Assembly (NCBI GenBank): GCA_002633005.1
Contig: NMRA01000318.1
Coordinates: 75,863 to 134,984, forward strand
DNA length: 59,122 nucleotides
Source: Phoronis australis
Lineage: Eukaryota; Animalia; Phoronida
Direction of reading: 5' to 3'
The position numbers were made by a program, and so were the translations under genes. The notes under the pieces were generated by a model. The model did not search any database. It saw nothing but the letters and a program-made list of their open reading frames with translations, and was not told where the DNA came from. This document shows, piece after piece, positions 25,601-38,815 of this stretch (its first letter is position 1; each line of letters opens with the position of its first letter).

Positions 25601-27470
25601 GAGTTCAGATCGCCAGGTCAAAAATGGCAAACTTCAAACTAACATATATAAGAACGACTATAAGCTAGAAAAGTACCTATGAGCTCCACTTCAATCACTG
25701 ATAACAATAAGCTGAGATCTTGCCTTATGTCGCCATTTGATGCTTTGAAAACAACTGACATTGCCACTGAGTGGGATCGTTTTTACAATGGAATAAACTT
25801 GCGTTTTAAAAAGTTTAATATTCTAGACATGTCTATTTCTCGCAGACAGAGACCACTTTCTGGATATATAGGCGACGTAGGGCTCAGTATGTATTTAATC
25901 ACTCATATTTTTATTTGTTTCATAGCCATAAGTTGCACTTCACAAATGTAAGATCTTACAAACGCCGAGTAAAAGGAAACCCACCAGAAATAGGTCTGCC
26001 ACTTTAACTGCTTCGTAGCTCAACCATGTTTACATCTGAACCTAGTGTAGTGGGTCTCGAGTGGTTTAGGGAGATAGACATCTCTGATGGAGGCAACGGA
26101 AGTGCTGCGAAGGATGAAGGCATGTTTGGACTTGCTGGACGCTGGTACCTCACAGGTTGGGATTTCCATGGAGGGGAAATGGACTCCTAAATCTCAGAGT
26201 CACTAGAGCTGTACCTGGATGGTGCCTTGTGCCTAAAATTACAGGATTTAGACTTAATTCAGGGTCAAACTCTTCAGCGTGCTTTTGAAAGGTGAACAAC
26301 CTTGCATTAATTGAACAGTGTTTCAAGGTTATGATAATCCCAGATAAGTAATTTTAGAAAACGCTCAACGTTCTGTTCTGAAGAACACTTAGCTCGATCT
26401 TTCTGAACATAGCTCTCCAGTGCACGTATATTACTTTTGATTTTGAAAGTTACGTTATAGAAAAATTGAAATAAGTGCTTGTGGTCAAGTTGTAGCAGTC
26501 TAAATTATCTGAAAGTCAAACCTACTGCATCTTAGCAATCTTAATTAATTTACTATTTTGCATTTCAAGTCTGTAAACTCATTGCTTGACACAAAAGAGT
26601 CAAAAGTCAGAAATGACGACTTATGTAACCAGTCGATGTTGATTAGACATTGTTAATTAATCGGAGTATCGGGCTAGATAATTAAAATATGTAGGAGATT
26701 ATCTAGAGGGTACTCATGTTTCGGGATTCCGGTGCATAATGCACGTTACACAGTTAGGCCTAGTGTACATGTATATGTTTTTCAGCCTTTTTGGCAATAA
26801 GGGGGTAAAAGGGAAGTAAAGGGATCCCTCTTGAAAATGGCTGCCTCGAACCAGTTTACACTGAGTAATGGACACTGACGTAACTCAATGAAACTCAGGT
26901 TCCTGGCAGCCATTTTCAAGAGGGATCTACTTATTCCACTTTTGATACATTTATCAGCACGGCCACTCCGAAAAGGTTTGACAATGCTGGGTATGATGTC
27001 CAAGGCTTTTCATGCATTTAGGGTCTCAAATCAGGCACTATATAGTTGGATTTTATAGAGAACCATGCAGTTCATCCACTAACTAACCGGCCCGTTATTC
27101 TGTGATTGCCTGGTTCTCTAAGTCCGGGACCACTATATCAGACCAGTGGCCTCAAATCATGCTCTGGTCATTCGGCCATTTCACTCACCAAAATGTTTTA
27201 ATATTAATAATAAATTGTACTGGTCTCATGCTAATTTTTCCTCTGCTTGTTAACTACAAAATGACCTCAAAAAAGTCATGTTAAAGTTGTAAATCCACTA
27301 TGACTGAGAATTTCAATCCATTAGGGATTTTCATTCTGACTAGGTAGATTTTTTGCTGTCCAAGACATTCTATTAGGATCATTCTTTTAAAAGCATAGGT
27401 AGCCTACTGGGATTTTTAACGGTCGTGGTAGTTGATTCGAGTTCAATTGTCGCCATTAGTGACTGCAAAA
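22641..27470 (-). mobile_element. CMC/EnSpm-type transposon remnant with spliced DUF4806-like ORF2; the far boundary is uncertain
   Basis: CCCTGTCAACA terminus followed by a CAGTACTGG(G)CC subterminal array (22655-23140). Exon 25126-25348 (AG...|GTAAG) encodes QFPLKATAEVDQLQEILSQDSSLKNKL. Last exon (about 23566-23688) encodes AEKLLGVWLRGVLDREGGRR. Confidence 0.65.
26823..26927. repeat. 105-bp hairpin with perfect 23-bp arms
   Basis: GATCCCTCTTGAAAATGGCTGCC (26823-26845) / GGCAGCCATTTTCAAGAGGGATC (26905-26927), with further partial pairing inside. Confidence 0.85.
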
Positions 27471-27728
27471 TTCTTTCTCCCAGAATGGAACCTCTTCTTA
27501 GACAATTGGGACCGGCTGGTCTTAAACAGTACACACCATGCATTTTTGCACATTTTGAATTACGGTGGCCACAGACTAAATGTATGACGTAAAATTTAGG
27601 TAAACCCATGTTTATTTTGTGTAATTAGCTCAAAATTTTGATTTTTCTTTCAATTTTGCCAATTTTCACATTTCCCGCCATGTGACGTCATGGGTTGAAC
27701 ACAAGAGATCAGTGACTAGCATTGAACA

Positions 27729-27997
27729 ATGGCGGAGACCAGGGAATTTGAAAGTGACGACGATTATGAGCAAGAATTGAACGAATACTATGAAGAAACG
27801 TATGAGAATGGTGGCCAGGATGAGGAAATGGGGTTGCACGAAAGCGAGAACAAGTTTAATGTGCTTCCGGCTGCGTACTTTTCTACTTTGAGCCTTATGA
27901 ACTGGATCCTCCCGCGAGAGAAGCGGCCTCGGGCTCGGCGAGTCAACCCAGTCATCCAACAGACGATCCTGAATTAAGAGCTGATGTTTCTGAATGA
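27729..27997 (+). pseudogene. KolX-like (P2X7 C-terminal-like) protein, first-exon remnant
   Basis: Acidic start MAETREFESDDDYEQE..., then after a frameshift YFEPYE...LRADVSE followed by TGA where W and an intron would be expected (inference). Confidence 0.55.
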
Positions 27998-28029
27998 TAA
28001 ATATTGTCCTTTATTGAACCAGGCCTTCA

Positions 28030-28283
28030 TCGTCTCCTGTGACTGGAGTCGAAACACGAGTCCTCAAAGTGAGCAGAACACAGAGTGGCCCCGGACCGAA
28101 TCGCTTGGTCCACGATGACGTCCCACACTCTCGTTCGGCGCACGAAGTCATGCCACTTCTGCGCAACTTTGGTGTCCTTCGGAACACCGAGACGTTTTCC
28201 GCCTGGCTGCTGTTGTTGCAGCCTCCGGAAACACATCTTTTGATCCCTCTACGAACCTTCTCGACGCTCAATGTACTTTGCAT
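28030..28283 (-). pseudogene. THAP domain of a Kolobok transposase (frameshifted, truncated)
   Basis: RCVSGGCNNS...VSVF, frameshift, PKDTKVAQKWHDFVRRTR...TLCSAHFEDSCF: the C2CH THAP signature with conserved P, W and F. Confidence 0.85.
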
Positions 28284-28846
28284 TCTCTTCACTCTATACA
28301 CTTTGTCTCTGATCCGAACGGTATGGCGAACGACCTGGGTTCAACCCATGACGTTGTACATAATTATTATTTTTTTCAATTTTTGCGTGTTTCTTTATGA
28401 GCTGTGCACTAAAGGCACTGGAATCAAGTAAGATATAATAATAAAATTTATTTTGAGGTACTAGAGTCATGTTGTGTACACTTTAAAGCCACCAGGAAAA
28501 ACGGCAACTATGTATACAATTCATGAGCGAGCACGCGCCCGTACCACCCTATCCTCCGCGGACATGTTACAGCTTCAGACAGGTTCGTCGACTAATTTCA
28601 AGAGTGTCAAAGTTGAAGACTGGGCAAGTCTTCGAGTTCATAAGGCAGGTGCATTGCTACTTAGAGTTAGAATCAACATATTTGTAAAGTGTTTGTAAAA
28701 CACCCGAGGTAATAGGCCAAAATTTCTACTCCGAAGACAATAATTGTTGGCTAAACAAACTGTTCCTGATTGCCTTGCAAGAACCGTAAAAATGAAGGTG
28801 CAAATCCTTAAAGCTTTTAACGAATACTGACCTCGGCAACAATTAA

Positions 28847-28910
28847 AAGTACCGACCTTAGCAACAAGTACCGACCTCAGCAACAAGTACCGGCCTTAGC
28901 AACAAGTACC
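28847..28910 (+). repeat. 19-bp minisatellite (AGCAACAAGTACCGACCTT), about 3.5 copies
   Basis: Read directly; probably a transposon subterminal array. Confidence 0.8.
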
Positions 28911-30999
28911 ATCCCGTTATTTCTCAGTGGATTCGCTTCTGTTTGCGTATTGACAAAGCTCAATAAATGGTTGTATTTCAGGTTAGATTCAGCTTCTTCG
29001 ACTAAGGGGTGGAAGTATAGTTTTCGATGGCATAGGTTCCACCAAAATGAATTGGTTCGCCAAAAGCAGATTAGTAGAAGACCTTTTCACCGACCTAACT
29101 CCAACGACTGATTTGGAAGTATTTCAGGCATGTAAGCAAGTTTATAGAATACACACCCGAGTATTTGTTCACAATATCCTATACCGCTGATGCGATGAGC
29201 TGATTTCTTTTTATTGCGTACCGGTGCGCTTTCGGGGAAGGCACTGTACAGTTCTCATTGAGTTTTAACTGAAATCCAGCCGGACTTCACAGAGCCCATT
29301 CGATTCCGTGTAGAAGTCTGTATGATGAATAAAATGAAAACTTGTGCACTATTTCACGCCCACTCCATTCACCACAGACCGTATACGTGTATTGCCGCAC
29401 AACCACTTCAATGTCGGTCAGTTCGATCTACGTTGGTAAGGTTGTCGTGAGCTACGGTTACATTGCCTGCGTAAACTTTCGCCGGAAGGGAACAGCTAAC
29501 GACTCCGGAAGGTTCACCATGAGACAAATGCTACGTTTACATTTGGCGTGTTGTTAAGGTCACAACGCCCAAGTTAGCCTAAGCCAGAGTCCATATCCGG
29601 TACAGCACTGAAAAAACGCGGGGGCTATAGCCCTCAGCCCCCTATGGTGCACCGACCATGCATAATCGATTCACAAGTCAATGATCGTTGCTTATTCGAG
29701 ACGATGAAAAAATGTTTCGCTAATTTCTCTTATAAGGCCTCGACTTTAGAAATTCCAAGTCGGCTAATAATTTCAGTTTTAAAAACAGCCATGTTTGGTC
29801 TTTTATTGTTCGTGTTTTTACTTTGAAGCTAGTGCGCTAAACAAGCGTGTCAACGGTTGATTTACGACCACAGTTATCTCATCCAGCATGTTCACCCAAG
29901 CCCTTGAATATGAGTGCATCATTTCTAGTCCAATGGCGTGCACAAATACGCTTTGATCCCTCCCTCCCTCCCTGGCTCCCATCGGCGTATTGAAACAATT
30001 TAGGAGGCAATGAATTGCTCAAAGATTGATGACAACAGCCCTCGAGTATGGCAATCAGGATGGATTTGAAGGACTGTGGCTTGGAGTTTTATCTACAAAC
30101 GAGGGTTCGAGGAGGGTGTGCGAAAAGATGGGGTTCAACTCCTGAAAGGTGTTTCTCGAGGAACTGTCCTGCCGGGCATACAGCTCATATTTCACCATTA
30201 ATACAAAACTTTATAGCTGGGGATACAACTCAGTTCGAACAAACTAGTAGTTCTATTACTGATTTTCAACTATTGGACAATAGAAACTATATTGACGTTG
30301 CGACGTGTGATGGCCGGTAGATGGCGATGGGACAGAGTTTGGTTCTCAGCCTATTGTTTTCTTAGCCTTACATGTATGAAGACATTCAATTAAATATGTT
30401 GTACTACAATTACGTTTCATTCTGTGAACGTCGCATGTTTCTCATTGTAATTATGCTGTAAACTAGGTTCCCGTGTTTGCTATAGTCCCCCCAAGGCTAC
30501 TACAGCGTCCGGCGGTCGCTTTCTCTTCATTTAGGCTTTATCAGTTGGTCTGTAAGATGTATTCCTCGAAGACTTTTGTTCCATTATTATCTGTCGTGGA
30601 TTTAGGTGTCAGATCAAAGTGTCTATTACATTTTCTAATTTTATTTGAATTGTAACTGTGTGCAGATGATGTTTTACAGTGCAACGGCGTTTGACTAGCG
30701 ATACAAGGTTCCGCACTCTTCAACAAGAATGCAATAAAATAGATACATCGTATCCATATTTTGAGAACCAGTTGATGCCCGTTATTCAATGAAAAAAAAT
30801 CAAAATGCGGGCATGTCATATCAGGCTATTTCTATGGGTGGAAATCTACGCAATCCGTGATTCCAGTCCATATAGATGACATCTGCGGCATAATGAATCG
30901 TGGGAATTTTGCCAAGCGAAGCGGAAACTGAGGCGAATGTCTTACTTTTTATTTCTTGTACCTGGTGCGCGCAAATACTCTCAGCATGCGGGAGAGTTG

Positions 31000-31239
31000 G
31001 GGCCTGTTCCAAGAAACTGACTTAAGTTTAAGATTTGTTTTTACTTCCAAACTTTGAAACTTCCACATTCGGTAGGTTAGTCAAAATTAATACAAAACTT
31101 ATGTCAAACACTAATAAAGTCAAACTCAAGAACTCTTTCTTGAAAGGGTTTTTATGCAAAATTAACTTTTATTTTAAAATTCACTAAAATTTACACGCAC
31201 GATATGTCTTAACTAAGTCACTTTTGTTGGAACTAGCTC
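31000..31239. mobile_element. Diverged MITE, Harbinger-like termini
   Basis: GGGCCTGTTCCAAGAAACTGACTTA / TAAGTCACTTTTGTTGGAACTAGCTC. A similar left end occurs at about 31709. Confidence 0.4.
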
Positions 31240-32374
31240 TTGATCTATAAGAATAACATATCATACATTATTTTGGACAGTAGCAGTGTTTGACAAAATT
31301 AGAAGCGAGAAGTGGAAAGCAAAAAACGAAGTTAGAGTGCAGCATGAGAACGAAAATATTATTTTGAACAGTAAAAGCTCGAAGATTTAAGACGCACTTT
31401 GAATGAAATGAACGGGAGATTCAATTTAGGCGATTACCTGCACGTCGTGGTGCCTCAACGACTAAATACTTCAATATACGCTAAATTTGAGTTTGGCGGA
31501 AAATTCGTTGCATAATGATGAGGTGTTTACATATTGATCACACATACGTCATGATACGACCGTACAATAACTGAGTTATCTAAGGGTGAAATACAAAAGA
31601 ACCTTTCCATTTCCCCGAATTTCGCATGACTGAAATAACTCACTGCGGGGAATCTAAACGAACTTAAAACCTCCAACGTAGCGTTGCCTGTAATAAAAAT
31701 TAAGTACTGGGGCCCTTTCCAAGAAAAATGACTCAGCTAAGACAAATCTTAAATTCCGGTAATTTTTTAAAGAGTCCTGGAACGCGATCAACAGACGAAA
31801 TTGCAATATTGAAAGTCGTACTCTGCCACTGAAATAAAATTCAACCTGCCCACCACGTATTTTTAGGGTTTGTTGGTCACGATTTTTAATTTCTGTACAT
31901 ATCAAAGCGTTTTCTTTTAGTTTCAAATTCCAAAATAAAACTCTGTCAACTGCTTGCCACTTGGTTAATTTTTCTCCCGTAAGGCAAAGCACGTCTCTTT
32001 ACTTATTATGGCAAGACATAGACGTAGCACGTTTCCCTTACATGGAAATGTGCCCTTTGACCTCAAGCAACTTCAACAAACTGAAGGTGAGCGCATGCAT
32101 GCATTTATCATTAGTGGGAGGGAGATTAGAAAGTCTGTGGTAACCACAGAGTTTTTCCTTTGCAGAAATTTCAAAAATCGTGAATTTTGTGATTTTTTCA
32201 CAGGGGACAGTGCGTTACGTTGCGAGAGGTTCTTTCGTGAGGAATTGTTCAAAAGATATTTTTTAAAGCTTTTGCAGTCCATGCCTCTTTAAGACAAAAC
32301 TTAAATTTGTCTTAAGTGGGTTTGACTGATGATTTGGCGGAATTTTTTACTTAATTTTGACTAACTTTCTGGAT

Positions 32375-32775
32375 CAGATAGTATCGCCTGACTGGGCTGG
32401 GCTGATAAAAATGAAAGTTAAGTTATAACATTATTTGAGCTTAAACCAATAACATTTCTGAATTCCTCGTCAAATGCTGATCATGTTCCGTTTCTGAATC
32501 GCCAAAATCGCCCAACTACAACAGAAGTTAAGACAATCTATTCTTTCCAAACTTATTACCAACGCACTGGGTTTGACTGTTTTCTTACGCGTTCGGTATT
32601 AGCGTGCAACCACCATACGTTTCATTTGAAGCCTGGGAGATAATTGGCCTGCTTACTATCATACGAGACAAAAGACTGAGCTGGGAAGTTAACAAAACAG
32701 CTAGATGTTATCGCGCGTTCAGCACACCTCACGTCTGGAAAAGTTGCTGAACGACAGAACGCTGTAATGACCATG
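32375..32775. repeat. Dispersed repeat with an inverted copy at about 55495-55875
   Basis: E.g. CCCAACTACAACAGAAGTTAAGACAATCTATTC versus GAATAGATTGTCTTAACTTCTGTTGTAGTTGGG. Confidence 0.8.
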
Positions 32776-34143
32776 AGTTTGACCAGTGCTGTTGTGGGGC
32801 GTAGGCGCACGTAGCGCCTATAGCACAGAATTTTACGTTCATTGCTCAAGGTGATACGGGGGGGACTTTCAGCGCCTACTGACCTCTAAGTTTACCACTA
32901 CAGCACTGAGTATGACATAAACAGTTTATTTAGAAGCCTTTTCAAGTTTCGGCCGCTGACCAGTAATAACATTTAGCGTAACGCATCATTGGTCTTCCTG
33001 ATACTGGCGAACTTCTGCGGAATAAGCGTGAGTGATTCTGTTTAACGTAGCGCGTTGTATTCACACCTCATTGAGGACACTGATTGTGTGACGTTAATGG
33101 GACTACTGAGTGTGCAGTCAAAATTTGGTCAAGCCAACACTCAACTTTGAACCAGAGCTGAAGGTCTACAACTGAGCCCATACCCAGATCTGAAACAGAG
33201 CTTCAAAAGGCCATCCAAACGCTTGTGAAACGGATATAAATCAAAAGAATGAGAGAACAGTACTTGATTATTGTTCTAGTGCTAGCCAACTCGAACATTC
33301 TTGATATATTTAAAGGACCGCAAACAGACTTACCGTTATATTTCGGCCCTTTCTACCTTTGTCTAACAACGACGAATTAAATTGTCTGCCATCCTCTACC
33401 CAGAGTTTTTTTTACCTTTTATGACATCAAGAAGTGATCCGAATGCAAGCCAAGAAGCTAAGTGAATGTTAAAGTTCAAGAGCACATTGCTATTTTAGGT
33501 AAAAACGAAGTGGCTGAGTGCAAAGCGAATACTAATGGAATTCCCTTGACAAAATTTTTTCGGCTATATATTTTGCCTCCTTTTACTTTCCTCGAACAAT
33601 AACGAATCAAATCGTCTGCCATGTTGTAACCTCACATTTTGACCCAATGACATATTATAATTAACAGCGACTGGAATGCCAGTCAATGAGCCAAATAAAA
33701 CTCACACCCTTCTCACACATGAACATTATGGCCCTTGGTCTTTTCTAATAGTTGCCAAGTAATTCGCTAGAAGCGTAGGTCACGCTTGACGGCAAACTTT
33801 GACAAGTTTTCAAATGCTCGTCCAAACTTTTTAGAGTTGTCAAGGGTTGTATAGCATTATTTTGTTGGAGTGTAATTGCCGGATGGGAAAATCGTTTTTA
33901 GTATCTGTTAATAGGCCAAACCGGGTTTGGTATCTTTAAGTTTACCTACTAAATCTGGTCTAGTTGTCAAAAAGATAACCCTGCAATGTTATTTAATGTA
34001 AAGTTTTGGTTTTGTAAATTTATTTAATTTGTTAAGAGCAAGAAAATTAACTTGGTTGCACTTTACGAAACATTGAGCATTTTTATAAGTCACGATGGCG
34101 GCATCCGCCATCTTGAATTTCGCCCGATTTCCATCTTCTGAAC

Positions 34144-35140
34144 CACAGGCGCTTGGGTTTATCGCAAATGACGTCACTCAATAATATATAATAAGAAAAC
34201 ATAAAGGTTGGACACTCGAAATCTGTTTCCTAAAAATTTTCTACTCAAATGTGCATGGAACTCCACGAAACTAGCATCGAACAACTCTTAGAATACCTTC
34301 TTTCATTTGATCTCTTCAAATTGCCTTCGAGTGGTGATTTGGCGACAAAAATGCCAAAAGAATGCCAAAATCACAAATTCAAGGACCTAATTCCGTGATG
34401 TCATGGCAGACGGTCTTCGCACATCCGGGTTTTGACGGACGCTCCCGAGCCAAATACGAAAGTCTAATTTCGCGCGGCTTTCGCCGTCAATCCATCGACT
34501 ACTTGATCATGAGAAGCAGAGAGCACTTTATTGCCAAATAAATGTAATTACTCACATATTTGTGTCAAATATAAATTATCCTGATACTGTATTGATATGC
34601 GAAGTTTTTTGTGTACTGTGATTTCTTATGAAGGTTTTACTTTTGGCCAAAAGCATCGAGTTAACTCGTCGGCCACGCGCATTGTAATACTTGCACGGAC
34701 TGCGTTTCCTGGCCGAGTGTGTGTTGTGCTTCAATCAAAAAAGTGCGTGATGTCAAGATGGAGTTCCATGCACATTTGAGTAGAAAATTCTGAGCAAACA
34801 GATTTCGAGTGTCCAACCTTTATGTTTTCTTATATATATTATTGAGTGACGTCATTTGCGATAAACCCAAGCGCCTGTGCTTGAATTCAGAGTTTTGAGA
34901 TTGTTTTGGAAATTCCATCGCCAATTCACCACTCACGAAGACAGTTAATGGGATCTAGGAAAGATAAGGCTTCGAAGGTTTATGCAACACCAGACTGAGG
35001 GAGGTGCACGCGGATTTTATTTGGGTTTTGGACGGTTGAAGTTGGGAGCCTCGGCTTGGCAAAGTTTAAGTGTCCAACCTTTATGTTTTCTTATATATAT
35101 TATTGAGTGACGTCATTTGCGATAAACCCAAGCGCCTGTG
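34144..35140. mobile_element. P-element-like MITE with a duplicated right end
   Basis: CACAGGCGCTTGGG terminus. About 120-bp TIR 34144-34265 / 34759-34879 and a second right end at 35069-35140. 8-bp flanks TTCTGAAC / TTCGGAAC (7 of 8) match only the outer end. Confidence 0.7.
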
Positions 35141-35885
35141 TTCGGAACAAGATGGCTTAAATTAAGCATTCGGCGATGTATCGTTTCTAATGTTATGTGG
35201 AACGTACACTGTATATGTATGGTCAATTTTGGTTATTATTTATGGATGCGGGGTCAAACTAAAGGTCAACTGAGACGGCTGAATGGTAAAATAAATTGAA
35301 ATGTGAAAAATCCACTTCTCTTGGCGGACGAAATGTTAAATGTAAGAAATGATAAATCAAAATCTTTTGACCTTCTCTGAAATCAAACAGTTTTAAGGAT
35401 AAAGGATCGCAAGATATTGGATAAAACATCCTCCCAGAATTTGAATAAGCGAAGTCACCTTATAACGTAAGTCGTGAAAAGGGATATGTGTCGTCTTTGT
35501 AGATTATAGTAAGTACTAGACTATATGTCTGCAGTTTGATCATGTTCTGTTTTATTTACATGTATCAGTAACCTAATTGTAGGTGAGATATCATATACGG
35601 GACCCCGATTTTAATACCAAAGTCTCACAAATGAAGTAACACTATTGGGTTTCCTTCATCAATAATGAACTAAGCATTGGCATCCACGTCATGTTAATGC
35701 TGGTTAGTTGTTGCAACTAACTTCAATTAATAATACAATATTCAAATTCAACATGCTTAATTGAATACACGATATGGGTTGAATAAAACAAGCATAATTT
35801 TAAACGAGGCGTACACAGACTAAAAATAACGGTGGCTGTTACAATTAAATTTGAACCTCCATCAATCCAATTCCCGAGATATGGG

Positions 35886-37383
35886 TCCTCCCTAGTAACA
35901 AAGTCTGTTGTCGATGACCCGCACGCGCTCGCTCACTCACTCTTATACGCAGCCGAACTTCAAAACAAACGTCACGTGACAACAACATGTGTGTTCATCC
36001 AGAGATTTTTCTCGTGTTGTGGGGTACGATGTCAGTAGTACAGATTTGGACTTAATCGCAATTAATCTGGACTCCACATGAACTTAAAAAATTGTAAAAC
36101 ATAAGGAGGATTTCAGGTAATTTGTTGAGTCGAAACTGCATTTTTATTCAAGTTTAACTAATCGACGATCGCGATTCAGGGACGTATCAGTCGGCAAGTT
36201 TTCGCCCTGGGATTTCAGCACATTATTTTGAAAAATGATCATAATTTAACAACGCATGTCGTGAACACATCCACTACCACAATAAACTGTAGGAACACCG
36301 CATTTATACACCTTCACTCTTATCAGGCTTCCATTGGGAGTCAGCATGCGTGAATAATTGGCTGATAAGCCACCTATGGAACTACTTTTGGCTGAATGGA
36401 TGACCATGCCATAAATGATAATTAGCCAACACCAGTTACTAATGCAACAAAAAATAATGTCGTAGCATCACCTAGCCTTGGTGGAAAGCTGTATACTGTA
36501 GTGGCTCTAATAAACGCTTAGAAACATTCATTTCACGGGGAGGGGACGCTTATTGTAGTGAGCCTACCATGTCGTGAACACATCCACTACCACAAGAAAC
36601 TGTAGGAACACCGCATTTATCCACCTTCACTCTTATCAGGCTTCTATTGTGAGTCAGCATGCGTGAATAATTGGCTGATAAGCCACCTCTGGAACTACTT
36701 TTGGCTGAATGGATAACCAGGCCATAAAATGATAATTAGTCAAGACCAGTTACTAATGCAACACAGAATAATGTCGTAACATCACCTATATCCTTGGTGA
36801 AAGCTGTATACTGTATTGGCTCTAATAAACGCTTAGAAAAATTCATTTCACGGGGAGGGTACGCTCATTGTAGCCTACGGCAGTTGAAGCCCGGTTTCCC
36901 ACACGGGTAAAATCGGAAGCTAGGTTTCATCAAATTTACGCTCTGTGACGTATTTGTAGCCTATGACAGTCTTTCTACAAAATTGTGGTGCATTGCTATC
37001 AACTTCCGTTGTTAAATTACGATAATTTTTCAAAAAATTGTGCTCAGTCACAGGGCGAAAACTTGCCGACTGATGCGTCGCTGAATCGCGATCGTCAATA
37101 GGAAAACTTGAACTCTTGAATAAAAATATAGTTTCGACTCAACAAATTACATGAAATCTTCCTTATGTTTTACAATTTTTAAAGTTCATGTGGAGTCCAG
37201 ATTAATTGCAATTAAGTCCAAATCTGTGCTTCATCGTGCCCCACAACACTAGAAAAATCTCTGGATGAACACACATGTTGTTGTCGCGTGACGTTTGTTT
37301 TGAAGTTCGTCTGGGTATGAGAGTGGGTGAGCGTGCGTGTGCGGGTCATCGACGACAGACTTTTTGTTACAAAAGGCGGAGGA
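35886..37383. mobile_element. Foldback-type long inverted repeat with an internal 313-bp tandem duplication
   Basis: Arms 35886-36254 and 37007-37383. Internal direct copies start at 36255 and 36568. Confidence 0.85.
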
Positions 37384-38319
37384 TTATGCAAGAAAATGGC
37401 GTTTAATTACTAGATTGTTTTTCACTTGAACGGCTGCAACGTGCAAGGTGAGTGCTGGTTAACTCACAGATTTTGTTTGCGCAGGCCGACGGTCGTTAGC
37501 TCTACCGTGGAGTATTTTAATAGTCCAAGGCTCGATCTACATGTTGGGGACGAGGTGAACTACCCGGGCTGTGTGAAATTTCTGGGTCTTACGGACACAC
37601 TGACGCAGTGGTCAGCCAGCTCGCTGTATCAAGACTACAGTCAAAATCCAAAATTGTTTTATCGTGTCCCTGTCAATAATAACGGCATGCTAAAGTTTCT
37701 TAATTTTCGTACTTCAGGAACATAACTATCACGTGTTTTGTACACATACGCGCACGCCACAGATCACATCTCGGAAATTGCCGATTTGACGGAAGACAAT
37801 GAATAAGCATAATGAAATTAAACAACGTCGTTTTACAGCTTGTAAGATTCATAATAAACGTATTTTGAATATTGCAATGCACGTTTTCCAAAATATAAAT
37901 AACTTGGGTCCCATAATTTTGTATTCGTGCGCGCCGAATGAATAAAAGTAATCGTGAGTGTTGCTGTTTTTGCAAAATTTCTTATCCTGGGCCGATTTGA
38001 AAAATTAAAAGTTGTACTCATATTTGTTTTCGCTCCTCTTTTCAAATATTACAGTAAAAACTACGTAAAACTCTCTCCAAAAAAGTACAGTCTGCTAGCT
38101 AGACTGTAATCAGCTGATCACATCCGCATGAGCGAAGCCAATTATCCTCGATCGTGACTCGATGAATAGAGCAGCTTGGTGGCATCCCTTTGATCGTGAG
38201 CCGAGAGCGACTCAGCCAAGGTGGACAAATACGGTCTAGTTCAATTTTCCTAACCCCACCGTTTACCTTGACCATTTGGGTTAGGACCAATCTTGTTTAG
38301 TGGAAGTGTTTATAGGATG

Positions 38320-38815
38320 CGGAGTTTGATAGCGGCAATGCACTACAGCTTTGTAGATCTCGAAAGACTGTCATAGTCTACAAATACGTCCCAGAGCATA
38401 AATTTGATGAATCCTAGCTTCCCATTTTACCCGTTTCGGAAACGGGGTTTCAACTGCCTTAGGCTACAATAAGCGTCCCCTCCGTGAAATGATTTTTCTA
38501 AGCGTCCGCGGCGTTTATTAGGGTCAATACAGTAACAGCTTTCCAAGGCTAGGTGATGCTACGAGATATACACTTTCGGCGAAAGACTAGCAGAAGATGC
38601 CCACTCTTTCAAAATTGCCAAGACTATTCCATGCAGCAACGTCTTGGCTAATCATCATTTTATGGCCTGGTCATCCATTCAGCCAAAAGTAGTTCCATAG
38701 GTGACTTATCAGCCAATTATTCACGCATGCTGACTCACAATAGAAGCCCGATAAGAGTGAAGGTGGATAAATGCGGTGTTCCTCTAGTTTCGTGTTACTG
38801 GATGTGTTCACGACA
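38320..38815. repeat. Inverted copy of about 36569-37008 (same foldback family)
   Basis: E.g. CTTATCAGCCAATTATTCACGCATGCTGACTCACAATAGAAGCC is the reverse complement of about 36638-36681. Confidence 0.85.

Larger units (their letters stand above)
27526..28482 (-). mobile_element. Kolobok deletion derivative (957 bp)
   Basis: TTAA at 27522-27525 and 28483-28486. TIR ACAGTACACACCATG / CATGTTGTGTACACT (12 of 15 match). Internal IR ACGTCATGGGTTGAAC. Convergent acidic KolX-like start and THAP domain. Confidence 0.8.

Noticed and set aside
28011-28301. A host THAP-domain gene
   Set aside because: Frameshifted, truncated and enclosed by TIRs with a TTAA TSD, so it is a Kolobok remnant.
34144-34190. 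CACAG terminus as a Transib/RAG RSS-like end
   Set aside because: CACAGGC is not the CACAGTG/CACAATG heptamer, there is no nonamer at 12/23 spacing, and the TSD is 8 bp rather than 5 bp.
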